NCBI GenBank assembly: GCA_050951545.1
Contig: JBMNJG010000012.1
Span: forward strand, 32,001 to 96,000
Direction: 5' to 3'
DNA from: Limnochordia bacterium
GTDB lineage: Bacteria > Bacillota > Limnochordia > DTU080
Length of the DNA: 64,000 bases
The translations under genes were made by a program, and so were the position numbers. The stretch's first letter is position 1; each line of letters starts with the position of its first letter. The notes beneath the pieces were generated by a model. The model saw only the letters and a list, made by a program, of their open reading frames with translations, was not told where the DNA came from and ran no database searches. This document shows positions 21,165 to 31,648 of this stretch, one piece after another.

Positions 21165-22119
21165 CTACGGGAGATAGGTAGTGCTCAGCAGTGTATCCGG
21201 ATTAGGCGTGGAGCTTATCCAGCCATTGGATCGCATCACCTGGCCGACCTCGCGGACGACGTCCTCCAAAATCGCCTCTGAAGGCTGTCTTGGCTTCCTT
21301 TAGGCCGTAGAACTTTACTCCGGCTAGCGCAGGCTCTAGCTCTTCCAGAGAGCTCTCGACGTTGCGAGCGATGATGGCTTTGGCTTCCTTCGGATTGGAG
21401 GCCATGAAACCCAGGGCATCCTGCCAGGCGAGAAGCATGGCTCGGACAGCCTCTGGGTTCTTCTCCAGCACATCAGGTCGGAAGGCTAGTGCGTCAGAGA
21501 TCAGGCCGGGCTTCGACCGTGCTGAGTAGATGAGGCTGTGCTTGTCGGAACGTTTGAGGGCCGCGGTGAGGTAGGGCTCGTAGGTGACAGCCACATCAAC
21601 GCGCCCTGCGATAAGCGCCGAACCAGCATCCGCCGCTGGCATCGGAACCGGACGGATATCCGACTTTGACATACCGTTTTTCTGCAGTGCGTATGTGAGG
21701 AGCAGGTCGCTGGTAGTTACCTCCTCAAAGGCTACGCGCTTGTTGCGCAGATCCTTCACACCCTTAATGCTGGAGCTTGCTATGATAGCGTCTGCCTCAT
21801 AGGAGGCGTCCATCAGTAAGACTAGTCGCACATCCACACCCCGATCTACAAACTTGATGGCGGTGTGTGTAGCGATGTTGGCTCCCTCCAGGCGCTTAGA
21901 AGCTAGAGCTGCATTAACGTCCTGATCCTGAACGAAATTCACTAGCTGAACATTAACTCCGCGGGCTCTGAAGAACCCTTTTTCCTGAGCGATCCACCAT
22001 GGGCCATAGCCTAGCCAAGGCTGGGTGCCGATACGAAGAGTGGGAGCAGCAGACGCAAGCGATGACACGGCAAACATCAGTGCGAGGGCCATAAGAGCAA
22101 ACCGGTGCCAGACTCTCAT
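21165..22119 (-). CDS. ABC substrate-binding protein (SsuA/THI5-like) with an apparent frameshift near the 3' end
   Basis: Signal peptide MRVWHR..ASA, PWLGYGPWWIAQEKGFF, VTYEPY; as written it stops at 21202, while a family-like C-terminus continues in another frame to 21165. Confidence 0.85.
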
Positions 22120-22261
22120 TAGATCATAACTCCTTCTTCTGGTGCGCTCACGCTTGGACGGCAGGCATAGCAGCTTGCCAAGCCGGGAGCAGCGCCACGT
22201 CGATAGGTACACTGCTAGAGATTAGACATTGGGTATCGGTGTTCCTATCACACGTTAACTC

Positions 22262-22290
22262 TTGCGTTCCATCTCAAGCTATGATATCAT
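22262..22290 (+). promoter_or_regulatory. Sigma-A promoter of tRNA-Pro
   Basis: TTGCGT-17 nt-TATCAT with extended TG. Confidence 0.55.
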
Positions 22291-22315
22291 CATCAACGCT
22301 GGATCGTATACAGAA

Positions 22316-22393
22316 CGGGCTGTGGCGCAGTTTGGCTAGCGCGCTTGACTGGGGGTCAAGAGGTCGCAGGTTCGAATCCTGTCAGCCCGACCA
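22316..22393 (+). tRNA. tRNA-Pro(GGG)
   Basis: Cloverleaf, CTTGA-CTGGGGG-TCAAG anticodon arm, GGTTCGAATCC T-arm, encoded CCA. Confidence 0.97.
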
Positions 22394-22396
22394 AGA

Positions 22397-22440
22397 GAAA
22401 CACCTCCACGAAGCTGTTTTCGGGAGGTGTTTCCTGTTTG
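22397..22440 (+). terminator. Terminator after tRNA-Pro
   Basis: AAACACCTCC...GGAGGTGTTT stem. Confidence 0.7.
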
Positions 22441-22498
22441 TTGGGGTGCCCAGAACGGTTTGACTGTATTATTCTGTACAGTAGGGTTCAGCTAGGAG

Positions 22499-23095
22499 GT
22501 GGTGGTCGTGAGGGTCTGCGTTGACGCAGGGCATGGTTATCCAGATCCAGGGGCAGTGGGGCCATCAGGCTTGGGCGAGGCTGATGTTACTCTTCTGTGT
22601 GCGCAGGCGATGGCTGACCAGCTGAAGGCTTTGGGGCACCAGGTAGTACTGACGCGCGAAGACCGTAACGCCTTGGATCGCGACAAGGCCACTGACCTAA
22701 CGGCGAGAGCACGCAAAGCGAACAATGCTAGGTGTGATGCGTTTGTGAGCATCCACTGCAACTCGGTTGCGGATCGCGCTGCGAATGGCAGCGAGACATG
22801 GCATTACCCACGTAGCACTCTCGGCAAGCGGTTGGCCGAACACCTACAGGCGGCCCTTGTAAACACGGGGCTGCTACGGGACCGCGGTATCAGGCAGAGC
22901 GCTGGCTTGGCTGTGCTTCGCTTGACTGGGATGCCGGCGGCATTGGTGGAATTGGGGTTTCTGTCAAACCCAGAGGAGGAAGAACGGTTCTCCGACGCGG
23001 AATGGCTATCGCGTGTGGCCAAAGCCTTGGCGGATGCTGTAGACAAATGGGGGCAAAGTCAGTCATCGGAGACACCCCAATCCCCGCCCGCTTGA
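22499..23095 (+). CDS. N-acetylmuramoyl-L-alanine amidase (Amidase_3), no cell-wall binding domain
   Basis: DAGHG, SIHCNS, LVELGFLSN. Confidence 0.92.
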   Translation: MVVVRVCVDAGHGYPDPGAVGPSGLGEADVTLLCAQAMADQLKALGHQVVLTREDRNALDRDKATDLTARARKANNARCDAFVSIHCNSVADRAANGSETWHYPRSTLGKRLAEHLQAALVNTGLLRDRGIRQSAGLAVLRLTGMPAALVELGFLSNPEEEERFSDAEWLSRVAKALADAVDKWGQSQSSETPQSPPA

Positions 23096-23189
23096 CGCTA
23101 TCCTGGCCAAGGCACAGAGTGTCGGGCGTCATGCGACGAGGGTCGCAGGGCCCCGGGTGGTGTACACGGGGCCCCAGCAACGATCTCTG

Positions 23190-24506
23190 TTAGTCTGCGC
23201 TCCAGTAGGCATCCACAATGGCTTGGGCCTGGCGGGCGGCCTCGGTCAGGGCAGCGTCTGGTGCTTCGTCGCCTCGCATCGATGAACGCAGGGCATTACC
23301 GAACAGAACAGCCACTTCGTTACTGAAGGGGTACAAGGGCATGCGTGCGGCGCGCGTCAAGGCCTCGATGACCACATTCCAGTACGGGTTGATGCGCCAG
23401 TAGGCCGGGTTACGGCTGAACTTGATGACCGGCGACGCACGCTCTTGGAGGAGCATGAACGAGCCGGCGGTCTCCTTTTTTAGGGTGAGGCACTCCACAA
23501 GGTCCCAGGACAGCTCGGGGCTCTTGGCTCCAGTGGGCACCGCATAGTGGTACGTATTCGCGTGAATCCCGGGTGTACCGCCCAGCTCTTTCGTTGGCCG
23601 TAGCGCCACTCCGTAACGCAGTTCGGGGGCTTGGTCCTTGATGAAACTGAAGTTCCACGAACCCTCAAAGTTGAATGCAAGTTTGCCTGTGATGAAGGCA
23701 TTTAGCCGACGGTTCTGCGATGAGCCGACTGCCGCATCCAGCGCGCGTAGACCACCGACGTAGAAGCGGTTGAAGTGATCATGAAGGAACTCACCAACGG
23801 CAATGCCTTCCGGCTTGCCGAACAGAACCTCCTTGCCGTCATCAGAGTATAGAGACGCACCGCCAGCTACAAGCCAGGCGGGAGAAGGCATATCCCCTCC
23901 GTGTGGCGTGAAGGCGGCTCGGGCGATCGTGGTATCCCCATCGTACCGCACCAAGCGCTTTGACATCTCGTTGAGCTCAAGCCAAGTCTGCGGAACCGAG
24001 GCGAGTCCGGCGTTGTCCAGCACGTCGATGTTGTAGAACATTAGGCTGTTGGAGTCGCCTCCTGTGCGGATCGGCAACCCGTATATGTCGCCTTTCCAAC
24101 GCCCCGACTCAATCTCAGCCGGAAACCACGTATCCTCGGTGATTCCTTCCCGGTCCAACCAGGGCGTCAGGGAGATCAGGGCACCTGAGTCGGCGATGGC
24201 AGGGATGTTGGCAGCGGAGATCATGACGACGTCAGGAGCCACGCCGCCGGCATACGACGTGAGGAAGGCTTCCATCAGGGCATTGCCGCAGTTGGTCAGC
24301 TGGATGCTAACTGTGACACCGGGGTGTTCTTTCTCAAACAGATCGATCATCTCTTCAACCATGGGCGCTCTGTGTCCACCCCAACAGTGAAGCAGGGCTA
24401 GCTCTTGTGCTGCGACGGCTTGGGAAACCAGCGTGAAGAGGAGACAGCCGAGTGAGAACACAACAAATGTTGTCAGGTACCGTTCGTTGTTACTCCGATA
24501 CGTCAT
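23190..24506 (-). CDS. Extracellular sugar-type solute-binding protein (family 1), orphan
   Basis: Signal peptide, GVAPDV, IYGLP, MFYNIDV, PQTWLEL, GSW motifs. Confidence 0.88.
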   Translation of the reverse strand: MTYRSNNERYLTTFVVFSLGCLLFTLVSQAVAAQELALLHCWGGHRAPMVEEMIDLFEKEHPGVTVSIQLTNCGNALMEAFLTSYAGGVAPDVVMISAANIPAIADSGALISLTPWLDREGITEDTWFPAEIESGRWKGDIYGLPIRTGGDSNSLMFYNIDVLDNAGLASVPQTWLELNEMSKRLVRYDGDTTIARAAFTPHGGDMPSPAWLVAGGASLYSDDGKEVLFGKPEGIAVGEFLHDHFNRFYVGGLRALDAAVGSSQNRRLNAFITGKLAFNFEGSWNFSFIKDQAPELRYGVALRPTKELGGTPGIHANTYHYAVPTGAKSPELSWDLVECLTLKKETAGSFMLLQERASPVIKFSRNPAYWRINPYWNVVIEALTRAARMPLYPFSNEVAVLFGNALRSSMRGDEAPDAALTEAARQAQAIVDAYWSAD

Positions 24507-24541
24507 TCTCATTACACCTCGTTTCGTGAAGAGCATTTGTG

Positions 24542-27403
24542 TTACCACACTTGGGCCCCTAAACTGGCCGGGTCAGGGTACTTCAGAACTGCCCCTGCAT
24601 GGCGAGCAAAGTGGCCCCTAAGATCCATAGAGTAGGTAGCCAGGATTCTCTTGCCGAGCCCATGCCAATCGCCGCACAGATAGAGTCCGCGGGCCAAGAT
24701 GAGCTCCTTGAGTGCCGCATTACGTTCGCCGTTCTGGTTTGGTTCGTTGGTCACGGTGGCAATCACCTGACTAGTGTCGAGTTGGGCGTGCCCCTGCATT
24801 TCGGGTTTTCGCAGCAGTTGGTACAAGGCTTCGGCCAACTCCGGCTGCCTTAAAGCGCTCGCCGCAATGGAAACGGCTCGGCAGTGTGAAAAAGCGCTCG
24901 TCTCGCCAAGACTCCGGATCTTGTCGAGCACAGGGACGGTCCCGACCGGACTCAGGGTCTTGCCGAGGGCAATCACTAAGGCGTCCATTCGGCTCAGGCT
25001 CAGGCCAAACTGACGCATGCCCGTATAGTCCCAGCCTTCGTCCCAGTCACAGGCGGAAACGCGCTGGGCTAAGATATGGGCTGCCTCGGGCCGCCCGTAT
25101 AGTCCCAGAATCAGGGCAGCGTCTACAACCTGTCGGGGATCCTTCGAAGCGCGCAACCGCTCACTAAGGAGCCCCATGCTGATCGTCGGGTGACTCAGAA
25201 TAACGGCTGTGGAATAGGCGTCGACAGGACCGCGACTGACAGCTTCGCGGACAAGCTGTTCAGCAGAGGGAAACGTGTCCTTGTAGGTCAAGACTGCGGG
25301 TTCAAGAACGCCAGCTGCCACTAGCCGTTGCTGCAGCTCTCGGATATTGATGTTGCGTACTCTACATCGGTTCTGGGCAGCCGCGGCCGCAGACATGCCT
25401 GCGGCATAGCCTTGGTTCTGAACATCGGCCTGCATTCGGATGACAGGCATGGCATCCCGGTGTGCGCTCACGCCGAGTCCCGTGACCAAGAGCCCGTCGA
25501 CGCCGCGCGGTAGCATACACCGGAATGGAACGTGAGCTCTGAGTACGGTCTTGTCCGCTGGGAGCACAGCAAAGACCGGGTGAACGGTGAATCCATGGGT
25601 GTCGAAGTTGCTCTCTGCCGTTACGATCGTGTCCGGGAACGTACGTCCGGTCAGGAAATCGACAGGTGACAGTTCCATTTCACCGACGATCCGGCGTCTC
25701 TCCCTGCTCCCGACCATAGGGACGACATCGAACGCTTCGGGAAACTTGGCTCGAGCAGTCACGAAGGCATGCGTCACACCGACCACATCGTTGTCGTCAA
25801 CGAATGTGTAATCGGTGTTACTGTAGGTCGTCCCCAGCTTGTGCGGCGATAGCCCCGTGCCTTGCACCGCGACGTGGGTTGCATCGATCTCGCAGCACGG
25901 AGCACCTGTCGCAGCGGCCAGGTCGGCATTTCCGGTGGCATCGATGACATTCTCGGCACGCACAAGGCCAACTCCAAGGGGCGTAGAGACGAGAACACCT
26001 GTCAGGCGCGACCCCTCCATGTGTGCACCGAAGGCAAAGCTATTGAGCCATGCTGCACCACCGGCCTGATGCAGGGATTGCATGTACCATCCCATCTTTG
26101 AGGAAGGATCCCACCGATTGGAGCGCCCGCTTGTCGGCTCCCGTCCTGATTTCGCCAACGCAGTATTGATCTCCGCAGTGAACCCGGTCCTGTTCCCTAA
26201 GTAGTAGCCCGTCACCAATCCTAGGGTCCCCAAGCCGCCAAGCCCGTGCAGTCGCTCGACGACGATGGTGTCTGCCCCGGACCGTGCTGCGGCGATGCCT
26301 GCAGCAGCACCGGCCGTCCCGCCACCAGCGACGAGCACATCGCATTCGGCAAGTAGTGGGAACTCCGGTAGATCTACGTCTTCTACCAGTGATGGGTCTC
26401 GCTGGCGCAGGAATGGTTGGGAAAAGCGGTACCGGAGCGCACACCCGTCAGGCTTGGGCGAACAGGCGAGGCGTCCAGGTCGTGCTGGGAGCCCTCGCAC
26501 TTGAGTGGCTGCCAGCCTGCCTGCGCGATCGCCGCAGCCAAGCTGGCCCTCCATTGTGGCCAGAGTAGCCGCACCGTGCGCGGTTAGAGGAAGGAGCTCG
26601 TTCATCACGATCAGCCGACCCTCGCAATGGATGAAAGCAGTGTCTGGAACAGCACTCCAACGGTCGACGAACCCTATGTCGTGCACGACAAGGTACTCGG
26701 ACGGTACGTCGGTCCAGGTATCGGCACTGGTGTGGATTCCTGGGTAATGAACCCGGGCGCGCCCAGCATAATCGGCGGCGAGACGCTCTGCGAGTGTGTT
26801 GCTCCGATCTGCGACCGGACTGTGGAGACGGTAAGCGTTCAGAGGACCCCCAGATCGCCCTACCTCGGCTCCTACGCTCCGCTGCAGCTCATGCCACGCG
26901 AAATCTGCGGTCGCCGGCGGCTTCGATCCAATCACCACGAGTGAAGGATCGGAGGGTTCCATCCGCGGCACAAGCGGCAGCTCGGCAAGGCGGGCCAGTA
27001 GTCCGCTGCGGCTGACATCCATTAGCACGCGCCCGGTCACTGCGTACAAGGCGGTGCGGGCGGCGATCACCACTCCCGCCAGTGCACCGTCCTCGTTGCG
27101 CAGCAAGGACACGGGGCGGCACTCGAACAGGAAGGGGATGTGTTCGTGTAGTAGCGCCAATTCTAAGGAATGCTTGATGCTCTGGGGCGTCACAGTACCC
27201 CCACGGGATACTGTGAGTAGTGAGTTCAGGCGGAACTCAGGCCATAGTTGCAGAGCGCCTGCCGTCTCCTCACCGAAGTATGAGCGGTCCGAAACGACCA
27301 CTACCGAACAACCGTCTTTTTTGGCTGCCAGGGCGGCCACTACGGCTCCGCTGCGTGCGCCGAAAATGATCACATCAGCAGAGTAGATCACGGGTATTTG
27401 CAT
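24542..27403 (-). CDS. Large FAD-dependent oxidoreductase with two tandem FAD_oxidored-like modules
   Basis: DVIIFGARSGA (degenerate) and DVLVAGGGTAG, IDATGNAD, RERRRIVG, VPFRCMLP. Confidence 0.82.
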   Translation of the reverse strand: MQIPVIYSADVIIFGARSGAVVAALAAKKDGCSVVVVSDRSYFGEETAGALQLWPEFRLNSLLTVSRGGTVTPQSIKHSLELALLHEHIPFLFECRPVSLLRNEDGALAGVVIAARTALYAVTGRVLMDVSRSGLLARLAELPLVPRMEPSDPSLVVIGSKPPATADFAWHELQRSVGAEVGRSGGPLNAYRLHSPVADRSNTLAERLAADYAGRARVHYPGIHTSADTWTDVPSEYLVVHDIGFVDRWSAVPDTAFIHCEGRLIVMNELLPLTAHGAATLATMEGQLGCGDRAGRLAATQVRGLPARPGRLACSPKPDGCALRYRFSQPFLRQRDPSLVEDVDLPEFPLLAECDVLVAGGGTAGAAAGIAAARSGADTIVVERLHGLGGLGTLGLVTGYYLGNRTGFTAEINTALAKSGREPTSGRSNRWDPSSKMGWYMQSLHQAGGAAWLNSFAFGAHMEGSRLTGVLVSTPLGVGLVRAENVIDATGNADLAAATGAPCCEIDATHVAVQGTGLSPHKLGTTYSNTDYTFVDDNDVVGVTHAFVTARAKFPEAFDVVPMVGSRERRRIVGEMELSPVDFLTGRTFPDTIVTAESNFDTHGFTVHPVFAVLPADKTVLRAHVPFRCMLPRGVDGLLVTGLGVSAHRDAMPVIRMQADVQNQGYAAGMSAAAAAQNRCRVRNINIRELQQRLVAAGVLEPAVLTYKDTFPSAEQLVREAVSRGPVDAYSTAVILSHPTISMGLLSERLRASKDPRQVVDAALILGLYGRPEAAHILAQRVSACDWDEGWDYTGMRQFGLSLSRMDALVIALGKTLSPVGTVPVLDKIRSLGETSAFSHCRAVSIAASALRQPELAEALYQLLRKPEMQGHAQLDTSQVIATVTNEPNQNGERNAALKELILARGLYLCGDWHGLGKRILATYSMDLRGHFARHAGAVLKYPDPASLGAQVW

Positions 27404-27481
27404 GCGTTTCGACTCCTACCCCTCTGGGACGGGGCTAACTCAAGTTCAGTATACAACCGCCTTGCCAGAGGTCCATGCATC

Positions 27482-27527
27482 GGAGTTCACCACTTGGACA
27501 GGAGTCACCCACATTGGGCCGGAGTTG
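27482..27527. promoter_or_regulatory. Tandem GGAGT(T)CACC..C.TTGG direct repeats; candidate AraC operator
   Basis: GGAGT at 27482, 27501 and 27521 in the divergent intergenic region. Confidence 0.4.
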
Positions 27528-27628
27528 ATATCCAGTCACGTCAAGGCGGGCTCCATCTAGGGACGAAAAGGATTCGCTCGCTCTACGACGAATTACTCGT
27601 TAAGTCTGAAACGTTCTGGGAGCCGACG

Positions 27629-28417
27629 ATGGTAGTGCGTTCGATCGTGGGTGCGTTTAGCGCGCATTGGCAGACACATCACTTTGGTGATCCCGCCCCT
27701 GTCAGGCACCAGACCCTCTTTTACTTGGAGGAGGGTGAGATCAGCATCGCTATCAACGACGTAGGTCGCGAGCAGAACGCTTGTCGCGGCGATATCGTAT
27801 GGCTGCCGCGCGACACCGTTCGCACGTGGCACACATCCGTCGGCGTGTGTATGTACGTCATCCGTTCCGTGGCCGAGCTCCCCGGCGGGTACCCCCTACT
27901 CTTGGAGCCCGGAATTTACCGTGCTTCCAGTCCTTGCCACGCTACCTACTTGTGCCAACGCATCGTGAACAAGTTTGTCCGTGACGATTTCCGTGAGTAC
28001 CTCGAGGTGTCTGGGTTGTTCGCCGAGCTTCTGGGTCTGCTCCTAAAAAGCCGGTACCTGGCGACCTTTGCGCCGTCAAAGGTGGCTACGCTTTCTCGTG
28101 TCTTGGAATACCTGGCGGCTCATTTCGGCGACTCACAGCTTACCTTGCAGGGGCTCATCGCTCAAACAGACTGGTCAAGAGGCTACTTCATGCGGGTTTT
28201 TCGCGAGTATACAGGGGAAACGCCTATGGGTTACCTCCGCCGACTTAGGGTCAATGCGGCGGCTGAACTGCTGAAGACAGGGGACTGGACGGTTACTGAG
28301 GTGGCATACCATGTCGGCTTCAGCGACCCGGCCTATTTCAGCCGTGTCTTTGCACGCTACGTCGGGCACCCACCGTCCAAGTTGATCGACTGTTCTCGAG
28401 GGTCCCACAGGGTCTAA
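27629..28417 (+). CDS. AraC family transcriptional regulator
   Basis: Cupin-like N-terminus; EVAYHVGFSDPAYFSRVF HTH; ATG at 27629 with GGGAG. Confidence 0.92.
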   Translation: MVVRSIVGAFSAHWQTHHFGDPAPVRHQTLFYLEEGEISIAINDVGREQNACRGDIVWLPRDTVRTWHTSVGVCMYVIRSVAELPGGYPLLLEPGIYRASSPCHATYLCQRIVNKFVRDDFREYLEVSGLFAELLGLLLKSRYLATFAPSKVATLSRVLEYLAAHFGDSQLTLQGLIAQTDWSRGYFMRVFREYTGETPMGYLRRLRVNAAAELLKTGDWTVTEVAYHVGFSDPAYFSRVFARYVGHPPSKLIDCSRGSHRV

Positions 28418-28503
28418 TATGCCAGGACTTCGCCTAGCTCCGCCGAAGGTAGGCGTTCTGCAGGTGCTTTGCTGCTGGAGTCGTATGTCTAAGCGTGTGA
28501 CAT

Positions 28504-30006
28504 TTGCGAGAAAGGTGGTGGGCGCTCGTGCGAGCCTGGCAGCGTGTGACGCCAGTTCCTAGAGATGTCCGTTTGGAGAACGAGCGTATCCGTCTAGACA
28601 ACCAATGGAGCCTACAAGTTCCTCTAGAATGGAGGCAGGCAGGGGAGCAGTGGGTCAAGACCTTTGGGTTGGCGGGTGACCCCCGCGATAGAGTGGTCTC
28701 ACTGAACTACAGAGAGATGGCCACAGGGGAGTACGAGCTCAAGATCGGCACTGATCGTCTAGACGTGACGGCGGGCGATGAGGTTGGTCTTCAGTACGCG
28801 CTGCAGACGCTGTGGCAACTATCGCCGGACGGGGAAATACCATTAGGCGAGATTACCGATGGTCCAGCTCTCAAGATGCGTGGTTTCCACGTCAACTTCG
28901 ATAGTTTCCGGCAGATGGATTTCGATGAGGCGGCGTATGTGCTGCGGCATGCCGCGCAGCTCAAGCTCAATACCATACTTCTGGAGTACTCTGATCGTTT
29001 TCCGTTTGACAAACATAGCCTTATCCAAGCACCAACTGCTCTTGCGCGTGAACAGGTCAAGCAGCTGGTCAACTCTGCTACAGAGAACCACCTCGAGATC
29101 ATTCCCCTTCAGCAATCGATTGGTCATCTTGCCTATCTCCTCAAGCATGATGCATACTCCCACTTGAGAGAGGAAGAGACCCACCGCGATCAGTGGTGTC
29201 CGCTGCATCCTGGATCGTTCCAGGTCTGGACGGAACTCGTTGAGGAGATCATCGCCCTCCATCCGAGCATGCGTTATCTGCATGTGGGGGGGGACGAAGC
29301 GCGCCGACTGGGGCAGTGCCCCAAGTGTCGTGAGAAAGTGGAGAAGTACGGTGTCAGCCGTCTCTACATCGATTACATGAACCAAGTGATTGCTTGGCTT
29401 GCGGAAAGGAATCTCACCCCCATTATCTGGGATGACATGCTGTGTGCTCATCCAGAAGCGCTGGACGATCTGGATAGACGTCTGGTGATCATGTACTGGG
29501 AGTACTGGACTACCAGCAAGAGCAGTCCCTACTTCATCGCTCGCTACGATAGAGCCGGCAAGCCGGTAACGGTTTGCGACGAACGTTGGAAAACAGAGTG
29601 GGCGAGTGAGCTTACCGACTTGGAGCGCGACGTGATGGGACGTTTCGTGCGAGGAGTTCCTTTGGAGGAGAGTCTGGGCCCGAAGTTCATGCGCTTGTAC
29701 GGTCCATACCTGGGGCCCGAGTTTCCTAAGCGTATCAAGGGCTATCCCTATCTAGAGTTCTACAGGGATCAGGGCTTCAAGGTGATCGCAGCGCCGACAA
29801 CACTCGGAAATGGTGATAACTACCACTCGTTGCCCAACTACTGGCGGTTTGTGCCCAACATACGTACGGCTTGTGAGCGAGCCCGAGAGGCTGGCGTCGA
29901 GGGTGTAGTCACTACCGCATGGTACAACTACACGCCGTTGATGTTCCATCTTGGCTTGGCCACGACTGCTCAGTTCGCTTGGGGGGCTGTTGAACCAGCT
30001 CCGTGA
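28504..30006 (+). CDS. Glycoside hydrolase family 20-like beta-N-acetylhexosaminidase
   Basis: GH20b domain GLQYALQTLWQL, ITDGP..MRGFH, catalytic HVGGDE, IWDDM. Confidence 0.85.
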   Translation: MRERWWALVRAWQRVTPVPRDVRLENERIRLDNQWSLQVPLEWRQAGEQWVKTFGLAGDPRDRVVSLNYREMATGEYELKIGTDRLDVTAGDEVGLQYALQTLWQLSPDGEIPLGEITDGPALKMRGFHVNFDSFRQMDFDEAAYVLRHAAQLKLNTILLEYSDRFPFDKHSLIQAPTALAREQVKQLVNSATENHLEIIPLQQSIGHLAYLLKHDAYSHLREEETHRDQWCPLHPGSFQVWTELVEEIIALHPSMRYLHVGGDEARRLGQCPKCREKVEKYGVSRLYIDYMNQVIAWLAERNLTPIIWDDMLCAHPEALDDLDRRLVIMYWEYWTTSKSSPYFIARYDRAGKPVTVCDERWKTEWASELTDLERDVMGRFVRGVPLEESLGPKFMRLYGPYLGPEFPKRIKGYPYLEFYRDQGFKVIAAPTTLGNGDNYHSLPNYWRFVPNIRTACERAREAGVEGVVTTAWYNYTPLMFHLGLATTAQFAWGAVEPAP

Positions 30007-30085
30007 GGTGCGCAGAAGCCCGGCTGAATGGGAAATGGGGTGCCTTCGATGCGGAGGCACCCCATGTGTCGGGTCACAGGCTAGG

Positions 30086-31420
30086 CTAATGCGGCAGTTG
30101 ACTGAACAGACCCCATCCACCGAGGCTCGGCGAGTCTCCAGGATCGTCTTTCAGCAGCTCCTTGTAGTTCTCAGCCGCCTTGCGGTAGGCCAGAGCGTGC
30201 TCTTCGATAACCTTGGGTTCTAGATGCTTGAACCAAGGAATGGTATAGAGTCGGCGACCGAGGCCCTCCGTTATCGGCAGGCTGCCTGGGGGTTGCCGCA
30301 AATCACGCGTCGAGTTGGCGATGCGAGTTGGCTTACCATGTCCGTAGACATCACATGTGTTGAAAAGCGGATGGAGGTGAAGTGGCTTATTGGCTCCCGG
30401 CCCACAGGAGACGCCTTCGGCGCGTACAGCCTTCGTGAACTGCGTTACAGATAGGCCCTCGAGCTCCTCAGGAACATACAGGCCCCTTGCCGCATACCAT
30501 CCGGCCATCGTGCTGCCAGAGTCCTTAGGAACTCGATGGGCGCGCAGACCAGGAACACCTTCCAGAAGATCCCAGAAGTAGTTCATTGCTTCGCGGATCC
30601 TGACCATGCGTTCGTCGTAGTACTTGAGTTGCACGCGTCCCATAGCTGAGCTTAGCTGGTGCATGCGCAGCTTTTGGCCGCCCAAGGGTAGCCCTACGTA
30701 GGGCTTGAGATCCTCTGTCTCGATATTCGCCAGTGTGTAGCGCTCATAGTGTCCATAGGCAATGGAGCGCTCGTAGATCTCGCGGTCATCGGTGACGACC
30801 ATGCCCGCCTCACCAATAGCCAATGACTTACCACTCATTAGCGACATGGCTCCAACGTCGCCGATGCTGCCCAGCTTCCTGCCTTTGTACAGGCCTCCCT
30901 GTGCGTGCGATACGTCCTCGATGACCTTGAGATCATGTCGCTTGGCGATCTCCATGATTGGGTCCATGTCTGCAGGATAGCCTACATAGTGGACAACAAG
31001 AATAGCTTTGGTGCGGTCGGTTATGCGGTGCTCGATGTCGTTGGGATCCAAGCACAGCGTGTTGGGATCTACCTCAGCGAAGACAGGGGTTGCTCCCATG
31101 GCAAAAGCGGGCGTCGCCGAGGCCCAATAGGTTAGGCTGGGGCAGATCACCTCGTCACCCACACCGATCTTGCACCCAAAGAACGCTGAGAAAAGGGCGG
31201 AGGTGCCGTTATTACAGCCGAGAGCGTAACGACAGCCCTGCCATTCCGCGAACTCCTGCTCATACAGCTTGGTTACGTCTGTGCCTGACATGGCGCCTCT
31301 GCGGAGAACCTCAAGCACGGCCTCTTCGTCTTCCTTGGTTACAATGGGCCACGTAAAGATATCTCCGGGAGGGGTCTGCACTGCTTTTGGTCCGCCATAA
31401 ATCGCCAGTTTCGATGCCAT
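30086..31420 (-). CDS. DegT/DnrJ/EryC1/StrS PLP-dependent sugar aminotransferase
   Basis: NNGTSAL, VHYVGYPAD, IEDVSHAQG, SLMSGK. Confidence 0.92.
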   Translation of the reverse strand: MASKLAIYGGPKAVQTPPGDIFTWPIVTKEDEEAVLEVLRRGAMSGTDVTKLYEQEFAEWQGCRYALGCNNGTSALFSAFFGCKIGVGDEVICPSLTYWASATPAFAMGATPVFAEVDPNTLCLDPNDIEHRITDRTKAILVVHYVGYPADMDPIMEIAKRHDLKVIEDVSHAQGGLYKGRKLGSIGDVGAMSLMSGKSLAIGEAGMVVTDDREIYERSIAYGHYERYTLANIETEDLKPYVGLPLGGQKLRMHQLSSAMGRVQLKYYDERMVRIREAMNYFWDLLEGVPGLRAHRVPKDSGSTMAGWYAARGLYVPEELEGLSVTQFTKAVRAEGVSCGPGANKPLHLHPLFNTCDVYGHGKPTRIANSTRDLRQPPGSLPITEGLGRRLYTIPWFKHLEPKVIEEHALAYRKAAENYKELLKDDPGDSPSLGGWGLFSQLPH

Positions 31421-31648
31421 ACATCTTCCTCCTCATCCCCACAGAGTGGGGTCGTTGCCTACGTCGCTAAAGACCAACCTCCACAATACCCGTCAGGAAC
31501 TGTATTACGCCTCTTGCTCACAACGTCCTGCCAGACATGTCTTTTTTGGATGGTGTGTCTGATAACAGGGAAACGGTGGCATCAGGCAGAATCAGCTTCG
31601 GGAACAGATCCGACCACGCGAATGGGGCACACGACAGGGGGACTGGAT

